Source: Dehalococcoidia bacterium (GTDB lineage Bacteria; Chloroflexota; Dehalococcoidia; Plut-88900). Taken from it: a stretch of 64,000 nucleotides of DNA. Positions within the stretch are counted from its first letter, which is position 1; each line of letters starts with the position of its first letter. This document shows, in pieces, positions 62,330-64,000 of this stretch. The notes under the pieces are model-generated. The model was not told the origin of the DNA. It ran no database searches and worked only from the letters and a program-made list of their open reading frames with translations. Where the stretch lies: NCBI GenBank assembly GCA_965249275.1, contig CBDFLQ010000007.1:1030395-1094394 (forward strand), written 5' to 3'. The position numbers and the translations under genes were made by a program.

Positions 62330-62736
62330 TGGCCATCGTCATAGACGCGTCCGTGGCCCTGGCTTGGTGCTTTCCCGACGAGGAGACCCCCGAGGCTGTA
62401 GACAATGTAGCATCCCTCATTGCTGGAGAGCAGGCTATCGTACCGGGAATTTTCTGGTATGAGGTCCGCAACATCCTTGTCCGTGCCGAACGGCGAGGGC
62501 GCATCGAATCCCAGGATACCGGACACTTCCTCAGTCGACTTGACGCTCTTGGCATCGTAATAGACAGGGAGCACAACGAAGAAGTCGTTCTCGCATTGGC
62601 AAGGCGTCACCAACTCACCGTCTACGATGCCGCCTATCTTGAGACCGCTCTACGACGCCAAGCCAGAATCGCAACCCTCGACAACGCCCTTGCCGCTGCC
62701 TCAGTCAGAGAGTCCGTCGAAAACCTCATCGGCTAA
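62329..62736 (+). CDS. vapC: VapC-family PIN-domain toxin
   Basis: IVIDASVALAW, EVRN, LTVYDAAYL, ATLD. Confidence 0.92.
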   Translation: MAIVIDASVALAWCFPDEETPEAVDNVASLIAGEQAIVPGIFWYEVRNILVRAERRGRIESQDTGHFLSRLDALGIVIDREHNEEVVLALARRHQLTVYDAAYLETALRRQARIATLDNALAAASVRESVENLIG

Positions 62737-62892
62737 TACAAGCCCGGCAACGGATTTCCTTCTAGCCCGCCGTTCTGCTTGACTCCTTTTAGGGTCTACG
62801 TTGTCCGGTGACTGCAGAGTGGTGGACGGATCCGTCGGCGCCCGACACGTATAATTGGTTAGCCCCTCTATACATCTGCCGCAGGAACCCTC

Positions 62893-63918
62893 ATGCGCTA
62901 CCCTTGGGCCAACATCCTCCTCCTCCTCTTCATCCTCGCCGACATGCTCTCAGGCTTCTTCGGCCTAATCTCCGGCTCTCAAGACCGCGCCATATACATC
63001 CAGCTCCACCGAGTCTCCGGCTACGGCATCCTCGCCGTGCTGGCCTGGAAAGTGGCCAACATCGCCCGATCCTTCAAGTGGCCGAAGAAGAGACCCGTTC
63101 GTATCGCATCCCTGGCCCTTGCAGTCGTACTGGCCGTGACTTTGGCCCTAGGGCTCGTATGGTCCATCTTCGGTGATTTCAGTTGGTGGATGTTCAGTGG
63201 TCTGAGCTGGCACATCTACGCCGGAGTCGTGCTTGCTCCCCTGCTTCTCTGGCACGGCTGGTACATGTTCCGGGGCCCGCCCATATCCTTCTGGGCCGAG
63301 CGCCGGTCAGTGCTCAGGATCGGCGGCCTGGCTGTTGTGGGCTTCGCAGCTTGGCAGCTTTCCGAAGGCATATCTCGGGCGGGGTCGCTAGCCGGGTCTG
63401 CCAGGCGCTTCACCGGGTCTTACGAAGCAGCCAGTTTTTCTGGCAACGACTACCCAGTTGTCTCCTGGCTCAACGACCGCCCCCAACCCATCAACCCCGA
63501 CACCTGGTCGCTAAGAATCTTCGGCGAAGTGGAAAATGAATTCACGCTCACCTACGCAGACCTCACCCGCCTATCCGAAGAGACCGCAACCATCGACTGC
63601 ACTGGAGGTTGGTTTTCCAAACAGCGCTGGGACGGTGTCCCCCTCTCCCGAGTCCTGTCTCAGGTCGGCCCTTCTGACACTACGCGCAGTGTCCTGGTGC
63701 GCTCGGTGACCGGCTATTATAGGCGCTTCCCCCTCGACGACGCCCAACACTTCCTGTTGGCTACCCACGTCACCGGCGAGCGGTTGTCCCACGGCCACGG
63801 CTTTCCAGTTCGCCTGGTGGCCCCAGGCCGACGCGGCTTCGAATGGGTAAAGTGGGTCATCGAAATCGAAATCACCGAGACCCCATCCTGGTGGCAGCCA
63901 CCCCTCCCCACCCAATAG
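62893..63918 (+). CDS. Molybdopterin-dependent oxidoreductase (sulfite oxidase family) with N-terminal membrane domain
   Basis: TM segments containing His, DCTGGW, HGFPVRLVAPGRRGFEWVKW. Confidence 0.92.
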   Translation: MRYPWANILLLLFILADMLSGFFGLISGSQDRAIYIQLHRVSGYGILAVLAWKVANIARSFKWPKKRPVRIASLALAVVLAVTLALGLVWSIFGDFSWWMFSGLSWHIYAGVVLAPLLLWHGWYMFRGPPISFWAERRSVLRIGGLAVVGFAAWQLSEGISRAGSLAGSARRFTGSYEAASFSGNDYPVVSWLNDRPQPINPDTWSLRIFGEVENEFTLTYADLTRLSEETATIDCTGGWFSKQRWDGVPLSRVLSQVGPSDTTRSVLVRSVTGYYRRFPLDDAQHFLLATHVTGERLSHGHGFPVRLVAPGRRGFEWVKWVIEIEITETPSWWQPPLPTQ

Positions 63919-64000
63919 CTTGCCTGTGGCAGGCGTCCCCCCTACAACCCGGCCAATGCCCCCGGCAACTCCGCCAGCTGGGCCACGCAGGCGTCCGGCG

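Overview
Bacterial window that looks like Chloroflexota/Dehalococcoidia, probably SAR202-like. This is an inference from paralogous amidohydrolases, family III CoA-transferases and SDRs, an LLM monooxygenase, an F420/PPOX-type protein, a DUF5679-like zinc ribbon and 'ACGGD'-type lipoprotein SBPs. Positions ~1-46,200 form a catabolic/transport accessory region: a betaine-type ABC system, a split Opp/Dpp system, an N-heterocycle/amide hydrolase cluster and many decayed genes (GMC oxidoreductase, HEPN, TauD, response regulator, adenosine deaminase, three frameshifted or nonsense genes). Positions ~46,250-64,000 look more like core genome (miaB, fur, CIRCE-fmdB-dtd, CoA-transferases, vapBC, Mo-oxidoreductase) and carry REP-like repeats and a MITE. 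The strongest candidates for novelty are (1) an OppB/DppB permease with an apparently complete 7-bladed YCF48/BNR beta-propeller inserted in its extracytoplasmic loop, (2) an SBP built from two near-identical 385-aa domains, and (3) a tandem CoA-transferase pair in which one partner has Asn at the catalytic Asp position. No rRNA, tRNA or CRISPR array was recognised. All family assignments come from manual motif recognition, not database searches.
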